Assembly: GCF_006345805.1 (NCBI RefSeq)
Contig: NC_043013.1
Span: 44,144,001 to 44,208,000, forward strand
DNA length: 64,000 nt
DNA from: Octopus sinensis
Lineage: Eukaryota
Direction: 5' to 3'
The notes below the pieces were generated by a model. The model saw only the letters and a list, made by a program, of their open reading frames with translations, made no database searches and was not told where the DNA came from. Numbering within the stretch: position 1 is the first letter of the stretch; the number at the start of each line of letters is the position of its first letter. Positions 49,760 through 62,736 of the stretch are shown piece by piece. A program made the translations under genes and the position numbers.

Positions 49760-49921
49760 AATAATAATAATAATGAACAAATTCTCAAAATTAACACTTA
49801 AAGGAAAGGATATATTTGTGTGTATATGTATACTAACATGCATGTATGTATAAATAAATGTGTGTGTGTGTGTGTGTTTCTGTTTGGTTTTATAAAACTA
49901 TTGAAATGAAGGCAAGATCTA

Positions 49922-49953
<32 letters not shown>

Positions 49954-50165
49954 TAATAATAATAATAATAATAATAATGAACAAATTCTCAAAATTAACA
50001 CTTAAAATAAAGGATATATTTGTGTGTGTATATGTATACTAACATGCATGTATGTATAAATGTGTGTGTGTGTGTGTCTGTGTGTGTGTTTCTATGTTTG
50101 GTTTTATAAAACTATTGAAATGAAGGCAAGATCTAAATAATAATAATAATAATAATAATAATAGT
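49760..50165 (+). repeat. Tandem duplication of a 204-bp unit bounded by (AAT)n
   Basis: gaacaaattctcaaaatt at 49775 and 49979. Confidence 0.9.
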
Positions 50166-50589
50166 AATAATAAAAAAAGAATCAATTGAAAAAGTTAATG
50201 TCTATTTGTTTGGAAAACGAAGCTGACAAAACATGTTTGGGTAATCTGCAGAACACATCAAATGGAATTCACTAATTCCAGCCGAAATAAAATCTGATTA
50301 TTAAACCAGAAAGAAGATGATGATGAAGAAGAAGAAGGTGAAGGAGAAAATACCAGAAAAATATATAGACATGTACCCCCTCCCCCCCCTCCTCACTCAC
50401 CTTCATTTCTTTACTACATTGCTACCACCACCACCACCACCTCTTCTCAGTTTCTATCTGGTTGCTCCTTCACACCAAACAAACTGCACTCTCCATTTCT
50501 CACCCCCACCCCCACCCCGCCCGTACCTTACCTCCACCATACCGCTTACTCTTCCCACACCTTTTTCCATTCTTCCGGCTGTAAAGGGA

Positions 50590-50618
50590 TGTATGTATGT
50601 GTGTATGCATGTGTATGT

Positions 50619-50661
<43 letters not shown>

Positions 50662-51372
50662 TATATATCATATATATAATATATACATATATATAATATA
50701 TATAATATATACTATATATATATATATACATATATATAATATATATATAATATAACATATATATATATATATAATATATACATATATATATATAATATAT
50801 ATATATATACATATATATAAATATATATATATATAATATATATATATATATAATATATACATATATATATAATATATATATAATATAATATATATATATA
50901 CATATATATATAATATATACTATATATATATATATAATATAATATATATATATAATATATACATATATAATATATATATACATAATATATATATATATAC
51001 ATATAATATATACATAATATATACATAATATATACATAATATATACATATATATACATAATATATACATATATATACATATATATATACATAATATATAT
51101 AATATATAAATATATACATATATATAAATATATACATAATATAAATATATACATAATATATATTATATATATATATATATATACATAATATATACATATA
51201 ATATATACATATATAATATATATAAATATATATATATAAATATATATAATATATATATATATATATAAATATATACATAATATATATATATATAATATAT
51301 AAATATATATAATATAACATATATATATATATATATTATATATATATATATATATAATATATATATATATAT
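50590..51372. repeat. ~780-bp degenerate (TA)n-rich microsatellite
   Basis: Almost exclusively A/T with scattered C; source of the poly-I/Y ORFs. Confidence 0.97.
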
Positions 51373-52277
51373 AGGTTGGGGGGTTTCTGTTTATATATCC
51401 CCCAGCTCCCTTTACATACACACACACATGCATGCAAGCACATGCAGACTTTTCTTACCACTTCCTTTCTTTCAAATTGTAATTCTTGTCTGCCAAAATA
51501 ACAGATAACATGTTTAATTGTGTTTTCTTCTACTTCATCTTTATTTTAATATTCTTCTTCTTTTTATTATTATTATTCCAAACCAAAGACTCTGAGTCTG
51601 TTTCTCTTCATTTACCCCCCACCCTACTCCTATTTATGTTTTTGTTTTTACTGTTCCAAAAAGTTGATAATATTTGTTTGACTATAATCCATTGTATTGA
51701 TTTCTCTTGACACAAAGCGACACCATGCTTAGCTCAGTTATTGTCGTTGTTTAATTTTGGGCCGGTCTTGAATTAACAAATTAATGATCAAAAGAGCTCC
51801 AGTCATGACCATCCCATCTCTTTGCCAACCATAGAGTTCTTTGGACAACTATTTATTGACATTCCTTTTTATATGGCAGGTTATCTAGAAGCACTCTGGT
51901 TTTATTCCTGTTTTCTAGCACTAATTCAGCCAGGTCAAGCAGACCTATGATGAATGGCATTCTAACCATGACCATCACATCTGTTTGTTTTGGATACAAT
52001 TTTTATACATTTTAGCATTTATTTCTTCTTTTTCTTTGATACTGTGGTATGTAATTTGAGGGAGATTTGGCTTCTATTTCAGGTATACTGAGTGACCATA
52101 CATTTGCCTTGAGATTAAATTTATTAAGGGAAGACAATTTGAGTAATTAAATTGGCTCCAAGAATATTATAGGATGTTACTAATTAAGATTTAACATAAG
52201 AAAAGAAAATAGAATTGAAAGATCTAGATTGAATCTTGCAGGAATTGGTCTAACATCTGACAGAAATGATGATGATC

Positions 52278-52745
52278 ATGATGATGATCATCATCGTTTA
52301 ACGTCCGCTTTCCATGCTAGCATGTGTTTGACAATTTTGACTGAGGGCTGGCGAACCAGATGACTGCACCAGGCTCCAATCTTGATCTGGCAGAGTTTCT
52401 ACAGCTGGATGCCCTTCCTAACGCCAACCACTCCGAGAGTGTAGTGGGTGCTTTTTACGTGCCAGTCAGGTGGTACTGGCAACGACCTCGCTCGAATCTT
52501 TTTACACGTGCCAGTGAAGCAATGTAAGTAATGATCACGCTCGAATGGTGCCCTTTTACGTGCCACGGGTACGGAAGCCAGTTGGCTGCTCTGGCAATGC
52601 TCAGATGGTGCTCTTGGCACCCTACTAGCACAGGCATAAGTGCCAGTAAGGCGATGCTGGTAACGATCATACTCAAATAGCTGCTCTGCCAACGATCACA
52701 CTGATATGGTGCTCTTTGCACCCTGCTAGCACAGATGCCAGTCAT
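52278..52745 (-). mobile_element. Family C retroposon with a diverged 5-6-unit VNTR
   Basis: Same 3' segment as 18415; repeated cttttacgtgcca / ctc.aatggtgc motifs. Confidence 0.85.
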
Positions 52746-53085
52746 CGAATTGATACTCCAGTAAATAGTAGGATCTGAAGAAATCAGTGATGATGTGCTA
52801 TTAGCTAATGGTGAATCCTGGAATAAATAATTTTACCATAAGGAAGAGGAAATTTCAACATTTGGTGCATTTAGTTAATTTCTGAGCTGTTTATAATCTG
52901 ATGCCATACCATTTCTTCAAACATATTCATACACACCCCCATGCACACACACTGGTAGATTTCCTGAACAACATCTAGCAATAGGGTCTTAGATTATCTT
53001 AGATTTTGTAACTAACTTGACTGTTGAATAAGACTTATCATTGCCATGAATAGATTAAAATACACTGTATTTATTTTGTTAACAG

Positions 53086-53098
53086 TTTAAACCAAGAG
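53086..53098 (+). CDS. Candidate 13-nt microexon
   Basis: TTTATTTTGTTAACAG|TTTAAACCAAGAG|GTAAGC. Confidence 0.2.
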
Positions 53099-53328
53099 GT
53101 AAGCAGCAGTGTATCATGACATTTGCAGTTCCCTCCAAAAATTGAAATTCATATGGTTGATGTTCCTTTGAATATCTGAGAATCAACATCTGCAGGAAAA
53201 ACGTTGTCAATAATGGAATTCCTGAGATTAGATTGTCTGGAGAGAATGAATTGAGAATGGAGATTAGAGGGAGGTCTGGGAAAGAGTGAGACACTGTAAA
53301 GAGGAGGAGAGACATGTATTATATAGGT

Positions 53329-54204
53329 TAGTGGTTCCCAACCATTTTTTAGTCATGGACCTTTTTGATTCTTATTTTACTCAGATGAACCCTTGTAGCC
53401 ATTAACCCTTTTGTTACCATATTTCTGTTGAGATGCTCAGTATTTCCTTCAAATAATTTTAAATATAACAAAGAATTTAGTAAAATAACTTCGTTATCGT
53501 TAAGCTAGTATTGGGAACATAAATTGTAAGTAAGGTTTGGTGGAAGATTTTAATTCAGAACTTTTGAAAACAAGACATTTTTGTACTATAGAACCATAGG
53601 TGGTTTCAGCCAATTGGTATCAAAAGGGTTAAATAAATCCTATTATATTTTTATAATTAGATATTATGAATTGTGTAAAAAAAAATTATTAAAACATTTT
53701 GTGTATTGTAGAAGTGTAACCAATTTATTCTCTCTTTTACTTGTTTCAGTCATTTGACTGCGGCCATGTTGGAGCACTGCCTTTAGTCAAACAAATCGAC
53801 CTCAGAGCTTCTTCTTTGTAAGCCTAGTACTTATTCTATCGGTCTCTTTTGCTGAACCATTAAGTTACAGGGACATAAGCACACCAGCATCGGTTGTCAA
53901 GCGATGTTGGGGGGACAAACACAGACACACAAGCATATACACACATGCACATATATATATACATATACAACGGGCTTCTTTCAGTTTCTGTCTACCAAAT
54001 CCACCCACAAGGCTTTGGTTGACCCGAGGTATAGCAGAAGACACTTGCCCAAGATGCCACGCAGTGGGACTGAACCCATGACCATGTGGTTGGTAAGCAA
54101 GCTACTTACCACACAGCCACTCCTGTGCCTATTGTGTATAAATTTTAACTACAAAATCTGAAATGGACTCCCAAGGACCATATGGACCCTGGTTGAGAAA
54201 CTTG
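53329..54204. mobile_element. hAT-like MITE hosting a piggyBac-like MITE P1 (53406-53628) and a SINE A (53731-54128, minus strand)
   Basis: tagtggttcccaacc...ggttgagaaacttg termini; the nested elements have their own TTAA flanks and SINE motifs. Confidence 0.82.
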
Positions 54205-54404
54205 GATGCAGGCCTTGGTTGAGGTGGTATTGAACTTAGTTCAAAAGAGCAGAGGTCATTTGAGCATGATAAAATCGTCAGTTTGAGGAGTACTTCAATT
54301 TGCTTGAGCATGTCCTTGCCTCCTAATAATCTCTTGGCCCTGTAGTGTGCAAAACCGTCTTCATTATTATAAAATATCTATTATAAGATAAATTATATAT
54401 TTTA

Positions 54405-54860
54405 GTTAGTTAGTTAGTTAATTTGGCTCAAAAGCAAATAGCAAGGCCATGTAGGGGGACATGGAGTGGTGTTCATGTAAAGAGTTCAGGCCACTTGAGG
54501 TCCAGGGAGGCTTTGAACAAAGCAGTCGTTGGCATCTTCACCATCTCGTCTGGCAGCTTGTTCCACGGATCCGCAACCCGGACGGAGAAAGCTCCTCTCC
54601 TTCGATTGAGATGAAATCGTCGCAGGTAGAGCTTTTCGGAATGACTCCGCAGCCGACGCTCTGGAGCAGGAGTGAAGAACAGCTCTTTCGAGAGGTTACA
54701 CTTTCCGCTTATGATGTTGTGGGCGAGAATGAGATCACCACGGCGGCAGCGTTTTTCAAGAGAATAAAGGTCGAGCGTCCTCAGCCTTTCTTCGTAGGAC
54801 AAATTTTTGAGACCATGAACCATGCGGGTAGCCAGCTTCTGGACTCTTTCGAAATAAATT
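54405..54860 (-). mobile_element. 5'-truncated CR1 LINE 3' end with (TAAC)n tail
   Basis: ORF 54473-54823 MVHGLKNLSYEERLRTLDLYSLEKRCRRGDLI..WNKLPDEMV. Confidence 0.93.
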
Positions 54861-55127
54861 ATCTAAATAATTATAAATAATTTACAAAATAAAAGCAAGA
54901 GTCATTAGCACTCGTAAACAAAATGCTTAGTAGCATTTTTTTCCAGCTTTTACTGTTCTGAGTTCAAATTCCACAAAGATCAACTCTGTCTTTCAGCCTT
55001 TTGGGGTTGATAAAATCAGTACCAGTTGAACAGGGGGTGGTATTGATGTAATCAACTATCACCAACACCTTAAAATATTACCGAGTTTGTACCAAAATTA
55101 GAAAAAATTATGAAATACATGTCCCTG

Positions 55128-55394
55128 CTCTTTTACTCTTTTACTTGTTTCAGTCATTTGACTGTGGCCATGCTGGAACACTACCTTTAGTCGAGCAAAT
55201 CGACCCCAGTACTTATTCTTTGTAAGTCTAGTACTTATTCTATCGGTCTCTTTTGCCTAACCGTTAAGTTACAGGGACGTAAACAGACCAGCATCGGTTG
55301 TCAAGCGATGTTGGGGGGACAAACACAGACACACAAACATACACACACACATATATATATATATATACACACACATATACACACACACATATAT

Positions 55395-55455
<61 letters not shown>

Positions 55456-55792
55456 CATACACATACATATATATGCACGGAGTGGTTGGCGTTAGGAAGG
55501 GCATCCAGCCATAGAAACAGTGCCAGATCAGACTGGGCCTGGTGCAGCCTTCAGGCTTCCCAGACCCCAGTTGAACCGTCCAACCCATGCTAGCATGGAA
55601 AGCGGATGCTAAACGATGATGATGATGATGATATGATGGGCTTGTTTCAGTTTCCGTCTACCAAATCCACTCACAAGGCTTTGGTCAGCCCAAGGCTATA
55701 ATAGAAGACACTTGCCCAAGGTACCACGCAGTGGGACAGAAGCTGGAACCATATGGTTCATAAGCAAGCTACTTACCACACAGCCTCTCCTG
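55128..55792 (-). mobile_element. SINE family A interrupted by a family C element (55470-55632, plus strand) and a (CA)n expansion
   Basis: Family A tail and body to 55340; head part from 55633. Confidence 0.85.
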
Positions 55793-56106
55793 CACTTCTC
55801 TACAACTATGCAATTTCACCCCTAGTACAGTTTGAAAATAAAAGTGCTCAACCTGATGAAATTATTGGTTTAGAGTACTGGGAGATATGGCCAATGAAAT
55901 TCGTCTTTATCTTCTCTACCTCCTTAAATTTAAGGCCTTGTATCTATATTAGAAATCATTTGCTTATGTTAAAAATCATTATTATCTTTAGGTTTGGATC
56001 AGTGAAGAAGTAGACTAAATGTCTTGTCATATTTAGTTACTGTTTATTTAAAGTTTGATAAACAGATAGCCAGTCAGACACACACACACATGCATGCATG
56101 CACAGG

Positions 56107-56138
<32 letters not shown>

Positions 56139-56595
56139 AATAGATAAACAGAAAGTTCACAAATGTTGTCTGAGTTATAATTGTATCTATGTCACTGAAC
56201 AATAAATAAATAAATGTTGAGCATTTGTCTGTGTAAACGTTTATATATTTGTGCATGTGTGGATTAGCGTGTGTTAGTGTATTTTCTTTTTCTTTATATA
56301 CTGTATATATGTAAAGTATATGTCTGAGTGTAGACATCATCAACTACACCCTCCAGCCCCTAAAAATTTGGGATCTTGTGCCTATGTCAGAAATTATCAT
56401 CATCGTCATTTCCTATATTTGAAATCATTGTGGGAAAATTTACCTCTGGCCGACTGACATTCTGTCAAAGTGATATGTTTACATCCACTTATCTCTTCAG
56501 AATACTAATGCCAGCTTCCATCCTCTCCCTATGGATATGCAATCTTCATGATTCCAAGATGTTTGGCAATAGATTTTAAATTTATTACTAAGGAT

Positions 56596-56968
56596 ACAGA
56601 CGTGGCTGTGTGGTAAGAAGCTTGGTTCTTCATCACATGGTTCCAGATTCAGTCCCACTGCAGGGCACCTTGGACAAATGTCTTCTGCTATAGCCTCGGA
56701 CTGACCAAAACATTGTGAGTGGATTTGGCAGATAGAACTTGAAAGAAGCCTGTTGTGTGTGTGTGTGTGTGTGTTTGTCCCCAAATACTGCTTGTCAACC
56801 AGTATTGGTGTGCTTACATCCTCGTAACCTAGCAGTTTGCAACAGAGACTGATATAATAAGTACCTGGCTTGAAAAAATAAAAGTATTAAGGTTGATCCA
56901 TTCAACAAAAAATTGTTCAAGGCGGTGCCCAGTATGGCCATAGACTGACACAGGTAAAAGATAAAAGA
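56596..56968 (+). mobile_element. SINE family A
   Basis: Head, body and tail motifs. Confidence 0.85.
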
Positions 56969-56984
56969 TATTCTGGGTTTGGCT

Positions 56985-57410
56985 ATTGGCCAAATCCATC
57001 ATAATGACTGCCCAATCATTCACCTTTAATGAGGCAGGGAAGGTTGTTTACCTTGTCTGTTAGCTATTCAAAAAGAAGTTGTGAGACAGTTGAGATTGAA
57101 AGGTCTGAATATTGATCTTTCGCTCTTTGACCAAGCTCACATTAACTTTTTGAGGATCCACTGGAAAAGAAAGTGAGGGTGATGAGGGAGGTGCTGTCCT
57201 CAAGTAAATTTATTGAAAATCCAGTTTGAGTGTTGCAAAAAGTGGCAGCAGTAGATGAAACAGTTCTAAGTATAACGCTTGAAGGTCAGAGAAAAACAAT
57301 TGAAGAAAACTCTTTGCCTTTCGTGTTGAAGGTGATTGTATGGATCTGTGGGGGTTCATTCATTGCACAGACCCCACTAAATGGAGGTTCCCTTGCATCA
57401 TGAACACTAC
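56985..57410 (+). pseudogene. Decayed Tx1-like LINE ORF2 C-terminus and 3' UTR
   Basis: AKSIIMTAQSFTFNEAGKVVYLVC..KEVV..RLKGL..EKKVRVMREVLSSSKFIE across frames. Confidence 0.6.
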
Positions 57411-57628
57411 AACATCATCAGCTATTATTAGAATACCATATAAGGTGGCAAGCTGGCAGAATCGTTAGCACGCCAGGTGAAATGCTTAGCAGTATTTTGT
57501 TTGTCTTCACGTTCTGAGTTCAAATTCCATTAAAGTCTACTTTGCCTTTCATCCCTTATTACGCCCCCCCCCCATGAAACTGCTGGCCTAGTGCCAAAAT
57601 TTGAAATCGTTATTAGTATGCCATATCT

Positions 57629-57860
57629 TATTTCTTTATTGCCCACAAGGGGCTAAACATAGAGGGGACAAACAAGGACAGACAAAGGGATTAAGTCAAT
57701 TACATCGACCCCAGTGCGTAACTGGTACTCAATTTATCGACCCCGAAAGGATAAAAAGGCAAAGTCGACTTCAGCGGAATTTGAACTCAGAACATAACGG
57801 CAGACAAAATACTGCTAAGCATTTCGCCCAGCGTGCTAATGTTTCTGCCAGCTCGCCGCC
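57629..57860 (-). mobile_element. Young full-length SINE family B
   Basis: Perfect 19-bp TSD ttattagtatgccatatct (57610-57628 / 57861-57879). Confidence 0.95.
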
Positions 57861-58896
57861 TTATTAGTATGCCATATCTACTTATATTTCATGCCTTATT
57901 TTACTGAATCTATTTTCTGTTATAACTCCGCCACCATTGTATGTCTTTGTAGCTGTCTCACTCCTTCATTGTTGTTGTTGTTGTTGTTATTACATATATA
58001 GAAACAGAGAAGAATAGTGTTGGTAGCATGCCAGATGACAAAATCCCACTGTTCTGAACTCAAATCCCATTAGAGCCATCATTGTCTTTCTCCATCCTCC
58101 AAGGATAAGATAATAACAACAAGTACTAGTAATATACCAACTCAATTTAAATACACACCATGTCTTACCCCTTAACCATCAACTTCCTCTGTGCCTCCCC
58201 CCGAATTGTCTCTGGTGTCTCTAGTGAAAAGAAATATTCTTGTGGGCTTTTTTTTCTTTTCTTTCCTATATCAGATACAAATAATCTCTGATGATCATTG
58301 CATAAGGAATGTGTTACCGTCTGTACATGTGTAATGAGTATTCATGCATATACACACGTCTACAGTATGGCTCTTAACCCCCACCCTCCTCCTCACCTCC
58401 ACCACCATTTCACCAGTTACAGATCGGCTAACTAGTAAATATTCAGTCAGACTTTTTAACATCACCTACCAGCTTCCTGACACGTTTTGTTTGTTTTTTA
58501 TTTACATAGTTGTGTAAAGTGGTAAAGGTAGTGGTAGTGGTCGGGGCAGTGGATTTCATTTCACCATTCTTTAATTTTTTTCTTAGCTTTGCCTTTCATC
58601 CTTTTGGGGGTTGATAAAAATAAAGTACCAGTCAAGAACTGAGTCAATTTAATCAAATAACCCTTCTAAATTTAAGGCCCTATGCTTATGTTAGAAGTAG
58701 TTGGTGAACCTGCAGGTTCATCAGAACATTCAACAAAATGCTTTGTGGTGGCTTTTTTTTTTTAGTTCTGAGTCCAAATCAAATATAAGTACTTGACTAC
58801 AGTAGGCTAATTTTTGTGTAATAAAGTAAGGTTTGGAATTCAAGAAAACTGCTAGTGGTCTGTGTTCAGCTGTAATTTTGTGATTAGTGTCTAAAT

Positions 58897-59407
58897 CAGT
58901 GGTTCTGGACCATTTTTTATCTGTGGACTGCTTTGATCACTCTTCTATTCTGGTGGAGCCCCATTGACATTTGACATTTGAAGACTAGTTTTATAGATGC
59001 TCCTTACAAAATTTCTATTTTCTGATTTCTTTATTGCCCACATGGGGCTAAACATAGAGGGGACAAACAAGGACAGGCAAAGGGATTAAGTTGATTACAT
59101 TGACTCCAGTGCGTAACTGGTACTTAATTTATCAACCCCAAAAGGATGAAAGGCAAAGCCAACCTTGGCGGAATTTGAACTCAGAACATAACGGCAGGCA
59201 AAATTCCTATTCACACATTCACTTGTGTAGGTTGAACTATATAAAACCCCAGAAAAAACAGAATTCTTGCTGTTTCTTGCAATAAATATATCCAAAGTAG
59301 CATTTTTGCATGGACCCTTAATATACTACGGTGGATTCCCAATTTACTATTTTACATGTGTGGACTGCCCACCAAAAGTTAATATGGATCCCTGTTGAGA
59401 ACTACTG
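58897..59407. mobile_element. hAT (Charlie-like) MITE hosting a SINE B (59025-59205, minus strand)
   Basis: cagtggttct...gagaactactg; 8-bp TSD gtctaaat / ctctatat (6/8). Confidence 0.82.
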
Positions 59408-60227
59408 CTCTATATCCTTTTTGAAGGACAACTGTTCACAACCTTGCATTTTTCACTTTGACAAACTAACAGCTTTGTAAATTTATTCTTTTCTACATCT
59501 GTGTGTAATAGATACATTATCTGCAGCTGTTTATCTTGCATGAAATGAACCAATGAAACACTTGTAGAGGATTCAGACAACCAATCATCTACTATGTCTC
59601 TATGTTATCCAGTCGAATTTATAATTACATTTGTAACAGTACAATCATATTTCTAACGATATTAAATTTCTAACTTTGGCAATAAAGCTACACATTTTTA
59701 CGGGCAGGATGTGTAGTTGATTGAATCAAATCCAGTACTTTACTGCTACTTATTTTTATCAGCCACAGAGGAATTAATAAATTACCAGTTAAGTCGATTC
59801 AGTGAAATCTGAACTTTGCAACATAAAAGAACATAACTAAATAATAATACTGCAGGGCATTTTCATCACTCTGTTAAATATTATTTATTTTATATCACAT
59901 TTTACGAACAATAGCATTGTTGGTTACAGGTTTCTAATGGCACAATTATTGGTTTATTGAATTTACAATGAGACAAGTGACTTGGGATTGCACAAATGCC
60001 CTGAGGGCAATTTGTTTGAAAACACTGGTTGATTTTGTTTTTTTTAAATGATCTGTATTATAGGGGGAGACACGATTGTGTGGTAAGAAGTTTGCTTTCC
60101 AACCACACGGCTTTGGGTTCAGTCCTACTGCATAGCACTTTGGGCAAATGTCTTCTACTATAGCCACGAGCCGATCAAAGTCCTGTGAGTGGATTTGGTG
60201 CATGAAAACTGAAAGTTGTTGTATATA

Positions 60228-60666
60228 CAGGGTGCGGTGAATAAACTGTAGTCTAAATTATGCAAAAATGAAAATAACCCTGACATCTCATTTTAACAGA
60301 TATATTTACCAAAATTACATAAAAATATCTTGAAATACTAAAGAATAAATTTATTCAATAAAATCACCTTTGGCTTCAACCACGATATTGGCTGGATGCT
60401 TGATTTTTATCACTTGTGGAACATGTCCTCAGATTAACACCCAAACACTCTGAAATGTTTGTATTGGAACTTCCAGCATGAATGCCAACCAGTACAGCAT
60501 GTTCTATCCAAATTTCTGGCAGACTGAATTGTCATGGAGCTGTTTTACTTTCAGATGGTGCCCAACTGACCCTACTATACTGTGTAGTCGACAAAATTAA
60601 AAACAAGCAATGCACATGTGTGAAATTAATAATATAAAATGGCTATAATTTACCCATTGCACCTCG
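60228..60666. mobile_element. mariner/Tc1-like MITE inserted in the (TA) linker of a SINE A (about 60065-60905)
   Basis: TA|CAGGGTGCGGTGAATAAA...TTTACCCATTGCACCTCG|TA. Confidence 0.82.
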
Positions 60667-60929
60667 TATACTATAATACATTATGCATATGTGTCTTTGT
60701 GTTTGTCCCCAAGCACCACTTGACAACTAGTGTTGGTTTGTTTACAGCCTAGTAATTTAGCAGTTTGGCAAAAGAGACCAACAAGATAAGTACCAGACTT
60801 TTATTTAAAAAACAAAAATACTGGGTTCGATTTTGTTCAGCTATACCCCTTCAAGGTAGTACCCAGCAAGGTCACATTCCAATGACTGTAATAAGTAAAA
60901 GATACGAATTATTTAAGGCTTCTGTTGGT

Positions 60930-61345
60930 AAAAGTTTACTGTGACCTGGGAAATAATAGACAGAGAACACCAATGGAAAATATGAAAACTAAAAAAAGCA
61001 GCACATATTCTAGGACACAAAACAACCTCCTAAGCAGACCGAGTGCAGATATGAGCAGCATATGGGAACTGGTATTGAAGAAGGATAGAAAAATATCAGA
61101 TTTATAAGCCCTAAAATTCACTCCATAGTTGCCCACGGGCATATGGCGTAGTGGTTAAGAGCGCGGGCTACTCACCCCAAGATTCCAAGTTTGATTCCAG
61201 GCAGTGACCAGAATAATAATAAGAAGAACATCGAAAAATACCTTAGGAATGAGAACCCAGGTTCGAAATTTTCCCAAAATACCTGGAGGGTATATCAGCC
61301 AAAAGATGAGGACAAATATCCATCAAATGTAAATAATGAAGATAG
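60930..61345 (+). mobile_element. Penelope-like 3' fragment (GIY-YIG C-terminus) followed by a tRNA-like segment and pLTR-like tail
   Basis: WEIIDREHQWKI*KLKKAAHILGH / NNLLSRPSADMSSIWELVLKK; A box tggcgtagtgg 61144-61154; B box gtttgattcc 61189-61198. Confidence 0.65.
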
Positions 61346-62702
61346 TTCTTTATATATATATATACATATATATATATAAAGTGGTATGTTTACAGTTGGA
61401 ATATCTTTGTTCATAGATCTGTTTGGCAATGATTACAGAATTGCGTCCATCTCAAGGACAAAACAAAATACCGGTACTGGACTTGAACATACAGTCGTTT
61501 GGCTACAAGTACCAAAATATTGTCTGTCTCAAAAGTGTTAAAGACTCAGGTTGACTAGCACCTTGAGAATGGAATTGGTTGCCAGAGCTTTGTAAGAAAC
61601 CTATTCGTAGCTGTGTAAATAAGATGTTTGCTTTTGCACATCTCATTGAGCAAGTGTTTTCTACACTAGCTCCAGGTTGACCAAAGTATTGTGAGTGAAT
61701 TTGGTACATGTAAACTGAAAGAAGCCTATTGTATATATGTGCGTGTGTGTGTGTATATATATATGTGTGTGTGTGTGTAAATATATGCATATATGGATAC
61801 AGGACGTCACCAACAGTAAACAACATGAAATATGAAAATAAATGAGTTAAATAAGAGAAAAATATGGAAAACAGGACAAGTAACACAAAGAACGGCTATG
61901 AGTCTTCGGAGACAGTTGTTGCTCCCATAAATACCAAAATAAAATTTGGGATTTATGGAGGGTCAAAGTTGGAAACAAAAACAGGACAGTGGAGACATAC
62001 AAGGAAACTGAACAAAAACAAACATGGAGGGTTGTTAGACCAGAAACAGGGGAAAATAGCGAACACTGGAGAAATATTTTCTTTGACAAGAGAAAAGATA
62101 GAAGAGAGAGATAGAAGACGCCCTGGAGGAAAAGAAAGATGGTCATGTGAGGAAAGGAAAAATGGACGATGGTCACATGTGAACAACAAGAAAGAGAAAA
62201 GAGAAAGAGACAGATAAAAAATGGTGAAGGGGAGAAAAAGGGAATTAGAGAAGGATGGGGGAGAAAACAGAATAGAGTAGAGTATATATTATTTATATTA
62301 TTATTTAATTGAATGCCAGACATCCTTTTCCAAGTATGTATATATGTGTGTGCGTGTGTGTGTATTTATATATGTATGTGTCTGTGTGCATCTGTGTATC
62401 TGTTTATATTTTCACTGTAGAGTAGTCACTACAAGCAGTGTTGTTGTTGTCACTGTCTGTTCATTCTGAGCCTTTATAGATGTGCAAAATTAGAACATAT
62501 ATGAATCTGAGTAGCAATAAAGAGTCATTGACTGATTCCCAATAGATATAAACTCTACACCTGATATTGAGTACTTCTCTTTGTTTGTAAACAAAAATGT
62601 ATATATTCCTCGACTAACCTCATATTATATTTGTTTTGTTTGTTTCCTTGCCTCATATTCTTCCTCATTTTATTTGTTTTTAACTCTACCCGTCTCCCTC
62701 CT

Positions 62703-62736
<34 letters not shown>

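Noticed and set aside
50546-51433. 295-aa, 202-aa and other Ile/Tyr-rich ORFs
   Set aside because: Translations of a (TA)n-rich microsatellite. The same applies to the many CV/TH/IY/NNN ORFs throughout the track.
12718-53628. Autonomous piggyBac, hAT or Tc1 transposase gene
   Set aside because: Only 220-490-bp non-coding MITEs are present; the single transposase remnant (mariner) is truncated and disrupted.
55845-55910. CTGATGA...ccaat GAAA hammerhead-like motif
   Set aside because: Stem II does not start next to the core, and no stem III/UH or stem I partner is present.
60936-61142. Hydrophobic, membrane-protein-like minus-strand ORF
   Set aside because: It is the antisense of the A-rich Penelope endonuclease remnant.
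61137-61204. tRNA gene (also the tRNA-like heads at 25330-25403, 30530-30602 and in SINE A/B copies)
   Set aside because: No complete acceptor stem and no T-run terminator; each continues into a repeat body.
61864-62217. 117-aa Lys/Arg/Glu-rich ORF
   Set aside because: Purine-rich low-complexity or repeat-derived sequence with no recognisable domain.
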